This document shows positions 1 through 11,608 of a stretch of 64,000 nt of DNA, one piece after another. The stretch comes from Octopus vulgaris (lineage: Eukaryota). A program made the translations under genes and the position numbers. The stretch lies in assembly GCA_951406725.2 (NCBI GenBank), contig OX597815.1, forward strand, positions 188,170,001-188,234,000. Reading direction: 5' to 3'. The notes below the pieces were generated by a model. The model worked only from the letters and a program-made list of their open reading frames with translations. It made no database searches and was not told the DNA's origin. Positions within the stretch are counted from its first letter, which is position 1. Each line of letters starts with the position of its first letter.

Positions 1-239
1 GGGCAACTGCTCGTGCCATAAGAGAGACAATGCAATTGCTATGGCAGTGCTTTGGAGAGAGAATAATCTCCCACTACTGCAATGTCAACTGGCCTTAATT
101 TTCCCCAGACTTGAAGTGGGGTCTGAAACTCTTGAGGGTTTTATGGTGCAAGTTTCGGAAAGAGCATGGGTATGCAAAGCCGAAAATGGCTGCCATTTAA
201 GCGATGTCATTTTTCATATGTGATGTAGTGGTGTGCAAA

Positions 240-871
240 ACTTGCATTACTCTGACGAGGTCTGCCATCTATATATATTCAATTTGGCATTGTCCGCGAT
301 AGCTGAGTTCTGGCGGATCAGGTATTTGGAGGCCATAAGTTTGGCATAGTGTGAATGGAAGATTTGGGCTCTATTATTCACAGTTTACAGTCAGAGTTTT
401 GCATCTAGTACTGGTAGTTTATGGTTAGGGTTTTTCATAGGGTAGTCTATCATGACCTTAATACTCTGGTGGATGGAGTTAGCTATTTTCTGGAAGATCT
501 CCGTAGTATTAGTTTCTATTTCTATTTCAAGGGTACTCTCTTGTGAGGGTGCCTTTACCACTATGTCGATATCATCGACATAGTGAGAGTACATGTTCAC
601 GAGTATGGAGTACTGTGTCAGGCATCCTTTAAGCCTCCTGTCCCACCATACCATGAAACGGTTGGACACATCACCGTTGATGCTAACCCTGATGGCCGCC
701 CCTTATCCTATATATTTTGTTGTTAAACTTAAACGTGTGGCCTTTTAGGGTAACTCTTATACTAGTTCCTAGTGCATGTGCAATCATTTTCTTTACTTGA
801 TATTGGTTTTCAGGGGTCCGTATGGCTCTGGTCCATCTGCTCCATCTCTCTATAGGGATCTTCCTAGCCAT
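240..871 (-). pseudogene. Penelope-like element (PLE) reverse transcriptase fragment, frameshifted
   Basis: Joined frames read HTFKFNNKIY/DKGAAIRVSINGDVSNRFMVWWD...YVDDI...NSIHQSIKV...KLPVLD...HYAKLMASKYLIRQNSA. This is the PLE RT palm-thumb motif order (F.FN..Y..G.A.G, YVDD, N.IH.IK, LP.LD, Y.K...SA). Confidence 0.8.
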
Positions 872-1104
872 AGATGGAATTGCAGGGGTCTACCTCTTTA
901 AACATCTACTGGCCAAAATACAATTAATATAAAATAAGGCTGAAGCAAGTGAACACTAAATATATAGTGTGTGTGTGTTTTCATTGGCTAAATTGGCTAA
1001 ATTAGTAACATGACCATTCCCAAATACAACAATATCTGTTTCAACACACAAATTCACATCAAGAATCTTGCAAAATGAATATGCGTGTGTGTGTGTGTGT
1101 GTAT

Positions 1105-1378
1105 GACAGAGTGTGAGGAACTTGAGAGATGGGTATATGAGGTATCAGATGTTGTATGAAAGAGAGAAGACTGTGCTGGTATGGTCATGTAATGCATATA
1201 AATGAAGACAGTTGCATCAAGAGGTGCTGATCGCTAATTGCAAATGGAACATGTGGAAGGAGTAGACCCAAGTAGATGTGGGACGAAGTGGTGAGAAAGG
1301 CTCTACTGATTTTGGGACTTACAGAGGGGATGACAGAGGACTGAGACCCCTGGTAATTTGCTGTGCTTGAAAAGATAA
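1105..1378 (+). pseudogene. RTE-clade LINE ORF2 C-terminal remnant
   Basis: From 1141 it translates as GIRCCMKERRLCWYGHVMHINEDSCIKRC*...GRSRPK*MWDEVVRKALLILGLTEGMTED*DPW. This matches the RTE pattern RRL.W.GHV, GRP..W, DR..W, with in-frame stops. Confidence 0.75.
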
Positions 1379-1454
1379 AGAAAAGGATGATTTGTTCCTT
1401 GCTTCCTCTCCAGCTGAGTATTCCTAATCTTCTGGGATTACGGGTGCTGATGCT

Positions 1455-1687
1455 ATGTAAAAAACACCTGTACTGGCACCATGTAAACACACCTGTGCCA
1501 GTGCTGCATAAGAGCACCCAGTACACTCTGTAAGGTGGTTGGTGTGAGGTAGGACATCCAATCATAGAGACATGCCAAAACAGACATGGAACCTGAGCAG
1601 CTCTTCAGCTGGCCAGCTCCTGTCAAACCGTCCAACCCATACCAGCATGGAAAACAGATGTTAAATGATGATGATGATGATGATGAT
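1455..1687 (+). mobile_element. Family D: RTE-type 3' UTR ending in (GAT)n
   Basis: Degenerate copy of the ggttggcgttaggaagggcatccagctg...ccaacccatgc...cgttaaatgatgatg sequence, just downstream of the RTE ORF2 remnant. Confidence 0.65.
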
Positions 1688-1699
1688 ATAAATATATGT

Positions 1700-1863
1700 A
1701 GGTGCAGGAGTGGCTGTATGGTAAGTAGCTTGCTTACGAACCACATGGTTCCGGGTTCAATCTCGCTGCATGGTACCTTGGGCAAGTGTCTTCTACTATA
1801 GCACCGGGCTGACCAAAGCCTTGTGAGTGGATTTGGTAGACGGAAACTGAAAGAAGCCCGTTG

Positions 1864-1909
<46 letters not shown>

Positions 1910-2116
1910 TGTGTGTCTGTGTTTGTCCCCCCAACATCGCTTGACAACCGATGCTGATGTGTTTACATCCCCGTAACTTAGCGGTTCGGCAAAAGAGACG
2001 GATAGAATAAGTAATAAGCTTACAAAGAATAAGTCCTGGGTCGATTTGCTCAGCTAAAGGCGGTGCTCCAACATGGCCACAGTCAAATGACCAAAATAAG
2101 TAAAAGAGTAAAGGAG
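1700..2116 (+). mobile_element. SINE family A, full length
   Basis: tRNA-like head with A/B-box-like motifs (gtggctgtatggtaag...ggttcaatctc), ccttgggcaagt, internal (TA)/(TG) microsatellite and gtaaaaga-type tail; more than 20 copies or fragments in the window. Confidence 0.9.
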
Positions 2117-2121
2117 TATAT

Positions 2122-2303
2122 CGTTAGCCCCTACACGCAATTTTTTTCTCTCCTTGTTTCTTTTCTGTGTATCTTTCTGTCGAAGAACGTAGGCTCGAAA
2201 CGTAAAAGACTTGTTTTATTTCTATTCCTGAGTGCCATATTAATAATTATTTATTTGTACTCCACCTGCCTTTGTCTTTTGTTTATTTTCGTAAACCTTC
2301 CGT
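2122..2303 (+). mobile_element. Short (TA)n-tailed PLE-pLTR-like element with a hammerhead-like motif
   Basis: Contains the hammerhead-like fold at 2172-2209 and ends in (TA)n; its 3' end recurs inverted at 14447-14490. Confidence 0.55.
2172..2209 (+). ncRNA. Minimal type I hammerhead-like ribozyme, variant core
   Basis: tcttt-CTGTCGA-a-gaac(gtag)gctc-GAAA-cg-TA-aaaga. Stem I tcttt/aaaga, palindromic stem III acgt, A6 replaced by U, one mismatch in stem II. Confidence 0.5.
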
Positions 2304-3067
2304 TATATATATATATATATATATATTCTACAGACCTGAAAGTAAATTTCAAATGCAGTTTAGATGGAATAAATTTGCCAGCAGGTAGCTATGGAGATTC
2401 GAACTCTGTGCCTCTCAAATACCAGCTGAGTGCTCTGTACCATCAAGCTCTCAGTTTTCATCATGGCCTTAAGACAGTTCTGGAATCTGTTGCATATGTT
2501 CCTCTCTCTCTCTTACACACACACACACCTCTTTGAGTGTGTTTAAGTTAGAATACAATGGCTCAGATAAAAGAAAATTACTACAGCCAGTGTAACTGAC
2601 CTATGAGATGAGATTTCACTAGCAATGAGATTTGGTGCCAATTTTTCTATAATGGCTAGATGGAAACCAATGTTTACATTGGCAATGTGTACATTACAAA
2701 TGTATAATCTATACAAAACAGTTCACAGTTAATGATAGATTTTCAGCTGCTGCTTGCCACAAAAGTATTTTCCAATTTTGTCAACAATACAATAGTTAAA
2801 TGACAAACTACTTGGTTAGAAAAGAAATAACATTATCGTTGACATCATAAAGTGAAAAGTGATTCTAATAACACCATTGGACATTCCAAATTTTTTTATG
2901 AATTTTCATCTCAAAAGTATTAATATGATAAGTACAAAGAGTTTCTTTGATCTTATTAAGTTGCTTTCTTTCCTTCTATTCTTTAGTTGTGTACAAATTA
3001 TTGAGTATCTTTAACATATCTCACATCCATTCTTCACCTCATATGTTACTGAATCTAAGGAAAGCGT

Positions 3068-3500
3068 TTGGATCTTTTCGGTTTGAACGGCTGTTTTTTC
3101 TAGTGGTTTCATATGAAATTGTCACCCATAATTATGACCCTAGTATCGATCTATTGCATTTCAATCTGTTTTAGGGTTAGGGTTAGTTAGGGTTAGGGGT
3201 GGGAGAAGGGTATCTTTTTTTCTTCACAAATGTAAATAAACCCAATCTGTTTCTTAAACGAGGCACATATTCATATGGCACAGAATGTTTTTTTTACCTC
3301 AATAGACATCAGTGATTGGTTGAAATTGCAGAAGTTGAAGAAAAAAGAACAACAAATATCTTACAAACTATAGAATTTTCTCAATAAAGCCAATAGAAAA
3401 AGATGTTTCATAAACACATTCTACCAGTATACGAAGTTTAAAATTTTTTAGTTACCTAGAAATTATGTTAAAAACTGCCGTTCAAACCGAGACGATCCAA
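3068..3500. mobile_element. MITE with about 30-bp TIRs and internal (TTAGGG)n
   Basis: Left end ttggatcttttcggtttgaacggctgttttt; right end aaaaactgccgttcaaaccgagacgatccaa. Telomere-type repeats at 3171-3198. Confidence 0.7.
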
Positions 3501-4191
3501 GCTTTTTATTTTCTCTGCTTTTAGTAATTAACATAAATTTTACAATCAATCGATGGTAGAAATCTCTACAGTGAGTGTTGGATGTTTTGTATCTTGAAAC
3601 CATTCACATGGCATCAATATCAGATTATTGATGGAAGTCACCATGTGTTGCTGTGAAGGCATTACAAAATTTATAAAAGGTTTGCTTAGGCTGCTGGAAA
3701 CTAACATAAACTAAATGGAATAAAACTATCTCGTTAGTCGTGAATGTTATTTTAAACATAGATGTCAAGAAAATAACAGCCCTCATCCTCTAAGTGTAGA
3801 CTAAACTTGACAGATACCATTCCTGTGATTTTGCTTCAGATTTAATTTTTTCAAACATCTGACACTTGTCATTGAATGTAAAGCACTATATATCTGAGTA
3901 AGTGTAAAACTCTTCTTATAAAACAGCCACTCGATGAAATATAACTACAGCTCTTTTCAGCTGGTTTGTTTTAGGACAGCTAGCATTAATGTGGAAACAA
4001 TGAAAGATGGAATCAAGAAGCTGTAAGAATTGCTAGCATATGGACAACTTGATGTGTGTTGTCTGTAGAAAATGTGTTTGGTATCAGCCAAAATCATCTC
4101 AGAATAAGTAGACACTTATTAGTTCATCTAGGTAGGTACCAGTATTGGAATAGGAGACTGTTGGCAAATTCTTACAAGAGTTACAACAGTT

Positions 4192-4606
4192 AGGCGCAGG
4201 AGTGGCTGTGTGGTAAGTAGCTTGTTTTCCAGCCACATGGTTCCGGGTTCAGTCCCACTGCGTGGCACCTTGGGCAAGTGTCTTCTACTATAGCCTCGGG
4301 CCGACCAAAGCTTTGTGAGTGGATTTGGTAGATGGAAACTGAAAGAAGCCCATCGTATATATGTATATATATATATGCGTATGTGTGTCTGTATTTGTCC
4401 CCCTAGCATTGCTTGACAACCGATGCTGGTGTGTTTATGTCCCCGTTACTTAGCGGTTCGGCAAAAAAGACCAATAAAATAAGTACTGGGCTTACAAAAG
4501 AATAAGTCCCGGGGTCGAGTTGCTCAATAAAAGGTGGTGCTCCAGCATGGCCGCAGTCAAATGACTGAAACAAGTAAAAAGAAAAAAAAAGAAAAGAAAG
4601 AAAGAG
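4192..4606 (+). mobile_element. SINE family A, full length
   Basis: Same head, body and tail as 1700-2116. Confidence 0.9.
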
Positions 4607-4660
4607 TGAATGTATTTGATGTTGGAGGGAATTGCAGACGGTAAAACTTTGGGTATTTAT

Positions 4661-5115
4661 TCATCATCATCATCATCATCGTTTAACGTCCGTTTTCCAT
4701 GCTAGCACAGGTTGGATGGTTCGACCAGGGTCTGGGAAGCCAGGAGGCTGCACCAGGCTCCAGTCTGATCTGGCAGTGTTTCTACAACTGGATGCCCTTC
4801 CTAATGCCAACCACTCCGTGAGTGTAGTGGGTTCTTTTTATGTGCCACCGGCACAGGTGCCAGGGGTGACTGGCAGCAGCCATGATTGGTTGGTGCTTTT
4901 TATGTGCCACCAGCACAGAAGCTAGTCAGGTGGTGCTGGCATCAGCCCTGTTCGGATGGTGCTTTTTACGTGCCACTGGCACAGGTATCACAACTACAAT
5001 TTCCATTTGATATTTATTTTGATGTTGATGTTGATGTACTTGACTCAATAGGTTTCCTCAAGCACAGTTGGTCATGTGCCACCGGCACAGAAGCCAGTCA
5101 AGGCGGTGCTGGCAT
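4661..5115 (-). mobile_element. Family D (RTE 3' end)
   Basis: (CAT)n followed by cgtttaacgtccgttttccatgc...ggatgcccttcctaatgccaacc, with repeated ggtgctttt(t)aygtgccac units. Confidence 0.85.
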
Positions 5116-5852
5116 GGTTAAATGAAAAAGTTACTGTTATGCAGTCATTTGTGAAAAACCATCTTCATTACAAAGAAGTACTTTTAATAAAAGGAAGTTA
5201 TTTAAAAGCAGATCAGAGGTGCATGAGTTGAACCTGAGAGCAACCAATATTAACAGAAAACCCTTTGATATGTGTTTCTGTTGTTAAGAAAATAACCACA
5301 AACGGAATAAATAGTGTAGAAAATAGTATTCTAAAACAAACAACAATGGCAGAATATTTGTCCAAAATAAGAGATACGCGTCATTTAATAGAACGATGTA
5401 TAACATTCATTATTCTGCTCCATTCGGGGTATGAACAGATGATAGCAGTTATTGATAGGAAATGGTGAGTAAAACGATTAACGACTGAGTTAGTGATACT
5501 TGAAAATAGTTGCTTGGATATTAGAAATTTAGTCTATCACATAAACAGAGAGAAGTGTTATCCTTATATATATATTTTCCCCCTTATTAACTGCAACAAA
5601 GGCAATATTTACATTCCCAAGAGAGAGAAATGAGAGGACTTCAAGTGATTAACCAAGAGTAAGGTTATAGAAAATGTCATTGTTTTACAAACAACTTGCA
5701 CATGCAAGTGCTGCCAGTTGAAAGCCTCACATACCAGAAATCAGCAAGTGTATGAAATCATTTGGAGAGGATGCGCGCCGTTTCGGGGCCTACCTCGTGA
5801 CAGCATCATTGTGCACTTGATCCCTGCCAGTCACTGACCTGAGGCCCCACTT

Positions 5853-6062
5853 GCTATTTTCTGGATGCTCTCCATAGTATTAGTTTCTATTTCTATTTCA
5901 AGGGTACTCTCTTGTGAAGGTGCCTTTACCACTATGTTGATATCATCGACATAGTGAGAGTACATGTTCACGAGTATGGAGTAGTGTTTGAAGCATTCTT
6001 TAAGCCTCCTGCTCCACCATACCATGAAAAGGTTGGACACATCACCGGTGATGCTAACCCTG
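5853..6062 (-). pseudogene. Second PLE RT fragment
   Basis: Highly similar to 482-691; translates RVSITGDVSNLFMVWW...YSHYVDDINIVVK. Confidence 0.8.
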
Positions 6063-6156
6063 GTTATCAAATAGCTCAATATTCTTCTAGCCATTGCTCA
6101 TCATTGCTTTTTAACAAAATCCAGTGGCTAGTCCTTTCCACTGTAATTTGGATATC

Positions 6157-6571
6157 ATTTCTTTATTGCCCACAAGGGGCTAAACACAGAGAGGACAAAC
6201 AAGGACAGACAAATGGATTAAGTCGATTATATCGACCCAGTGTGTAACTGGTACTTATTTAATCGACCCCGAAAGGATGAAAGGCAAAGTCGACCTCGGC
6301 GGAATTTGAACTCAGAACGTAGCAGCAGACGAAATACCTATTTCTTTATTATCCACAAGGGGCTAAACATAGAGGGGACAAACAAGGACAGACAAACAGA
6401 TTAAGTCGATTACATCGACCCCAGTGCGTAACTGGTACTTATTTTATCGACTCCGAAAGGATGAAAGGCAAAGTCAACCTCAGCAGAATTTGAACTCAGA
6501 ACATAGTGGCAGACGAAATACCACTAAGCATTTCGCCCGGCGTGCTAATGATTCTGCCAGCTCGCCACCTT
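6157..6571 (-). mobile_element. SINE family B, dimeric body
   Basis: Head ggyggcgagctggcagaa, and the body gactttgcctttcatcctttcggggtcgat...aagtaccag (resembles the Meta-SINE central domain) present twice. Confidence 0.85.
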
Positions 6572-6892
6572 ACTGGTTATGTTTCTACAATGCACAAAAT
6601 ATTTAGATATTTTTGTACAATTCCTTAAATTATTTAATCATGAAAATATAATGGGCGTTTTTTAACATTGAATGGCTATGATATACCCCGACCCCACTCC
6701 TGAATAAAATAGGAACACAACAGGTTCATAGTGTTGTGATTTTATGTAATTATGTAGATTGAATAAAAGCTTTCTGGTGTATTTTATAGTTCTCAGATAC
6801 AGCTGTTTGATTACTTAAAACAGCCATAGAATTTGAACCCGTTTCATCTGACTTTGTGCATTTAGATTATAATAAAGTGTTATTAGAATATT

Positions 6893-7288
6893 CTTTTTTT
6901 CTTTAGGTAAAAGGCCTGAAATTTTGTGCTGGGGGCAGTTGATTAGATTGACCCCAGTTTGCAACTGATACTTTATTTATCGACCCCGAAAGGATGAAAG
7001 GCAAAGTTGACCTCGACAGGATTTGAACTCAGAACGTAAAGACAGACGAAATACCTATTTCTTTACTACCCACAAGGGGCTAAACATAGAGGGGATAAAC
7101 AAGGACAAATAAACGGATTAAGTCGATTACATTGACCCCAGTGCGTAACTGGTATTTAATTTTTCGACTCGGAAAGGATGAAAGGCAAAGTCGACCTCGG
7201 CGGAATTTGAACTCAGAACGTAAAGGCAGATGAAATACCGCTAAGTATTTCACCTGGCGTGCTAACGTTTCTGCCAGCTTGCTGCCTT
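6893..7288 (-). mobile_element. SINE family B dimer with 17-bp TSD
   Basis: agtgttattagaatatt at both 6876-6892 and 7289-7305. Confidence 0.9.
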
Positions 7289-7683
7289 AGTGTTATTAGA
7301 ATATTAAATGGAAAGTAAAAATGAGTGAATTCAATATTAAACAAGTGAATATATTGGTTCATTCGTTTAAATACGTCAACTCTTCTTTTGTTTGAGTATG
7401 TGGACTTGTGCTGGATATTAATAGTGTATATTTTTGTATCTTACTGAATAAGTATAAATTAAAGTGTGTATATTGTTTTCGAGAGCTAGTAGAATTGTAA
7501 GCAAATAAAAGCCTAAGTTCACTGCATTCTTCAATGAACTATCGGTATTCTTCGCATAGGTAAAAAATGGTTGACAGCCACTGATTTGGTGATTAAGATT
7601 GAGATTGTTGATAGATCTTCATGAAAATCTTTTCCTAGTTATGACTAAATGATTATATTTTCTTTATGAATGAATGCATTAAA

Positions 7684-8047
7684 TCTCTATATATATAAAG
7701 CTGAAGTTGTCTGTGTATGGAAGGTTTGGTAGCCTTCAACTAACACTATCTTCTCCGAGACCCTGCAGCGGAAGTTGACCAAAATTGAGAGTATGATAGA
7801 AGAAGGCTTGCTCTTCCTTCCGTAGGAGAAAAAATTCAAATCGGACCATGTTAACACCAAAAATTATTTACATCAAAAAGGTGCTTTTTTTCTATGAAAA
7901 TCCCTATTTTTTACGATTTTTTTACTGCTGTGTCGCCATTATTCGGTGTATTTCAACCAAGCTACATAATGCAGAATTTTTACTTTTCAAAAATTCCAAT
8001 TCTAAAGGGTCGAAACAAACCTGAGCAATACTGGGCGATACTGCTAG
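7684..8047 (+). mobile_element. Non-autonomous Helitron
   Basis: 5' A|TCTCTATATATATAAAG, subterminal GC-rich hairpin remnant cctgagcaatactgggc, 3' CTAG|T; second copy at 63519-63908. Confidence 0.85.
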
Positions 8048-8761
8048 TGTATGTTAATGCAGAGAAAAGAAACAGGGCAGAAGAATGCTGATATATCTGA
8101 AGAGTATTATGATACAGTTAATAGACATTGTGAACTTTGGGGATTCTCTCCTGGTGACCCCATCCACTTAATAAACTGAGATAGATATTTAAAAGATCAT
8201 CCAACCACCAAGATACAACTTTTCTGATAAGGATATGGATATCATTTGATTTTTATCAACTCAGGCATCTCAAATGATACGATAGGGTCAAGGCATGGTA
8301 GAATATTCTCTGCCTAATTTCTGCTGATATTGTAATGTATATATTTACATCGTTGGTGATAATTATGGTTGCATAATTGATGATGCGAATATCTGGATGT
8401 GAACTGTCGATAGTAATAGCATCAACATATTTTGCCACCTTTATTTGTTATATTTGGGATGGAGAAGAGTCAGACAATCATCTACATAAATGTTGAAAAG
8501 AGCATGGAAGAGAGAAAATATCCATGGGGAGCTGGAATCATTTTGGAATTACCTGTTGCTTGCTGTCTCAGCTTTCCTTTCTGTAATGTAGTTTGAATGA
8601 AATTGTTTTGTATTTAATTTAATTTAATATTCATTCTGTGTGTTGGCTTCTTTAAAAATGTCTGCAATGAAAGACAATGAATCTGTGGTATGTGTGAAAG
8701 TATAGATTGAGATGACCAGCTTGATTATTTGAAAAAAAAGAAAAAAACATTGTGGGTTTAA

Positions 8762-8982
8762 CCCTTTAGCATTCAGATTTCTTTGTGAAATTTATTGCCT
8801 ATTTAATTCATACTGTTTTGAATTAATTACATATTATTTTGCAACCTCAAAATTTAAATGGTGTGGCTATATATTTTAAAAATGACATTGTAGGGTAGGT
8901 GTGAGAGGTTGGATCCAGACAGTTTTAACATAAAACAGGTGGAATATTTGGGCTGGTTATGGCCGGATTAAATGCAAAAGGG
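8762..8982. mobile_element. piggyBac-type MITE
   Basis: TTAA|CCCTTTAGCATT ... AATGCAAAAGGG|TTTAA; related copy at 31355-31896. Confidence 0.7.
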
Positions 8983-9014
8983 TTTAAGAGATTTCTATTA
9001 CATTAGCTGACATG

Positions 9015-9268
9015 TGAAGGCATGTGGCTTAGTGGTTAGGGTGTCAGCATCACGATCATAAGATCGTGGTTTCGATTCCTGGACTGGGCAACATGTGTTC
9101 CTGAGCAAAACACTTCATTTCACGTTGCTCCAGTCCACTCAGCTGGCAAAAATGAGTAACGCTGCGATGGATTGGTGTCCCATCCAGCTGGGGAACACAT
9201 ATGCCATTGAAACCGGGAAACCGGGTCCATGAGCCTGGCTAGGCTTTAAAAGGGTGCATTTATTTTTT
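9015..9268 (+). mobile_element. SINE family E (CORE-like) with alternative tail
   Basis: tRNA head gtggcttagtggttaggg...ggtttcgattcc; CORE-like cctgagcaaaacact...gctccagtccactcagctggcaaaaatgag. Confidence 0.75.
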
Positions 9269-10659
9269 TTAACTTTCTAAATAAGAAGAAAATATTTTCA
9301 ATACCATCAAATATAACATATATGGCAAGAGATGGCAATAAAAATGTAATATTTGTTGAACAAATACAGCCATACAGTACCACTATACCTATACAATCTG
9401 CAAGTGCTGTCATTAAAAAAATAATAATTAAAAGCCAGTAAGATAGCTTCCTTGGTGGTTTATCCAGTTAAAAATAATAACCAAAACGCCTTCAAATTAG
9501 CATCATCCTGTACATAGGCTCAGGAACAAGGGATGCAGGGACACCCACCCCTAAAATTTTTGTGGACCAATAAAAATGCTTTGAACATCCTGGGTTGGAC
9601 CTGGGTTTGCAACCCTTGAGTAAATTTCATTCTTGCACCTGAGACCCTGTTGTCTTGAAAAGGAAACAGCACTATGATTAGTCCTAACAAGAAATATTGG
9701 CTGGGATGGTCATGAGTGGAACACTTTTGATCATAGGTGTTCTCAGTCTATAACTGACTTTAGATCTTAAAAGTGCGAGCATATTACGAAGGGGAACATC
9801 AGAAATATACTCGTCATAATTCCCTCCACCTTAACTTACATGGTGGCTGTATTCTGTCATAACATTATGTAAATAAGTCTCCCATGTTTAATTTATACAA
9901 CACAACACCTACATAACATTATTCATCTCTTTCGCTGTGCTCCATTTAATAAACACAACAAGGAGCCGTTGCCTTTAAAACATGGCCCACATAAAAAGCA
10001 ATAGATTGCTCTTCAGACTGAAGTAAATAGTATGAGCATGTAGGTAGTTTGATATTCTTACAAACATTCATGTGGCATAACACTGTTTCTTTTTTTTTTT
10101 TTCTTTTGCTGTATCCTCCCAGCCCCCTTCTTGTTCACCATGTTGATTTCCCCTGACACGATAAGTAACGTGTAGTCCCCCATACGACATGGTTTATTGT
10201 ATCACATCAGCAGCTTTATATCAATTTTAACATTAACATCCTCAATAGATCTCACAAAAGCAGTGAGACTTACTGATAAAGAATTTTTCAACCTAAAACA
10301 ATTTCCTCACTGTAGAATCCTCAAATTTTTCTTCTGGAATCCTGAAATTCCAGTCCCACCCCTAGAAAATTTCAGTTGCAGAATGAAAGAATACATAAAT
10401 GAAGGAATGGTTAATTGATTGATGATGAGGATGATAATGATGGTGAAGTAGTGTTGTAAGCATGAGTAGCAATGAGTTAGCATTTGCTTGAAAAACAATG
10501 CAATTACTGATGCTCTTAAAGTGGATGGAACATATAAATGAAAATCTGTATGAAGTGACGTATCTCCTAATATAATAATGATCGCAGTGCTTTTATATAT
10601 TTGTGTGTGTGCACGTGTGTATATATATGTATGTATATATATATATATATATATATATA

Positions 10660-11071
10660 CTCTTTTTACTCTTTTACTAGTTTCAGTCATTTGACTGTGG
10701 CCATGCTGGAGCACCGCCTTTAGTCAAGCAAATTGAGACCCCAGGACTTATTCTTTGTAAGCCTAGTACTTATTCTATCGGTCTATTTTGCCAAACTGCT
10801 AAGTTGCGGGGACATAAACACTCCAGCATCGGTTGTCAAGCGATGTTGGGGGAATAAACAAAGACACACAAACATATACACACATATATATATATATATA
10901 CATATATATGATGGGCTTCTTTCAGTTTCCGTCTACCAAATCCACTCACAAGGCTTTGGTCAGCCCGGTGCTATAGTAGAGGACACTTGCCCAAGATGCC
11001 ACGCAGTGGGACTGAACCCGGAACCGTGTGGTTCGTAAGCAAGCTACTTGCCACACAGTCACTCCTATGCC

Positions 11072-11072
<1 letters not shown>
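10660..11072 (-). mobile_element. SINE family A, full length
   Basis: Reverse complement of family A. Confidence 0.9.
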
Positions 11073-11105
<33 letters not shown>

Positions 11106-11608
11106 CATGTGTGTATATATATATATTTGTCCAGAATCACAGAGTAGGAGAAAAAGTAATGTAAGTCAAGGGAGAAGAGAGAAAATAGTAATTCAGTGAA
11201 GGAGAAGTAGTGAGGGTAATAACCCTGATTGAGAAAGAGTAAGAGAATGTAAAAACAGTGAGAGAGAGGAAATGACAAAGAGCATGTTGTGTATCTTCTG
11301 TTTTTCTCTGTCACAGCATACGAATGAGAAAGGAAGGGGTGATAGATGAATAATGAAGGAAGGGGTGAAAAAAAAATCAGTGTTTCAACTCTGTATAAGT
11401 GTATGTATCTATATGTAAAAGGGAGGTATATGAATGTTTGTGTGTGTGCGTGTGTGCAGTGGAAGTGGGATGGTGAACGTTCAATGCTGAAAAGAAAAAT
11501 CTAACAGCATTTCAACTCTCTGCTAGTATATGTATGTGCGTGTACTAGGGAAGTATGTAAATGTTTGTATTTGTGATTATTATTTACCTTATTTTATACC
11601 TTATTCAT

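Noticed and set aside
1700-1785. tRNA-like sequences at SINE heads
   Set aside because: A/B boxes are present but run into SINE bodies without a proper acceptor stem, so these are not tRNA genes.
1453-2536. Recurrent ORFs such as ...[14 protein letters not shown]... and ...IYDGLLSVSVYQIHSQGFG...
   Set aside because: Chance translations of SINE A; the frames are not preserved among copies.
3171-3198. Telomere or chromosome-fusion scar
   Set aside because: Only about four units, and enclosed by TIRs.
8090-8590. Coding-looking segment (EYYDTVNRHCELWGFSPGDP...)
   Set aside because: Frequent stops in the frames I read and no motif I can recognise; needs BLASTX.
9519-9643. Short element with ctcagg...cctgag ends
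   Set aside because: TIRs are degenerate, there is a single copy and no clear TSD.
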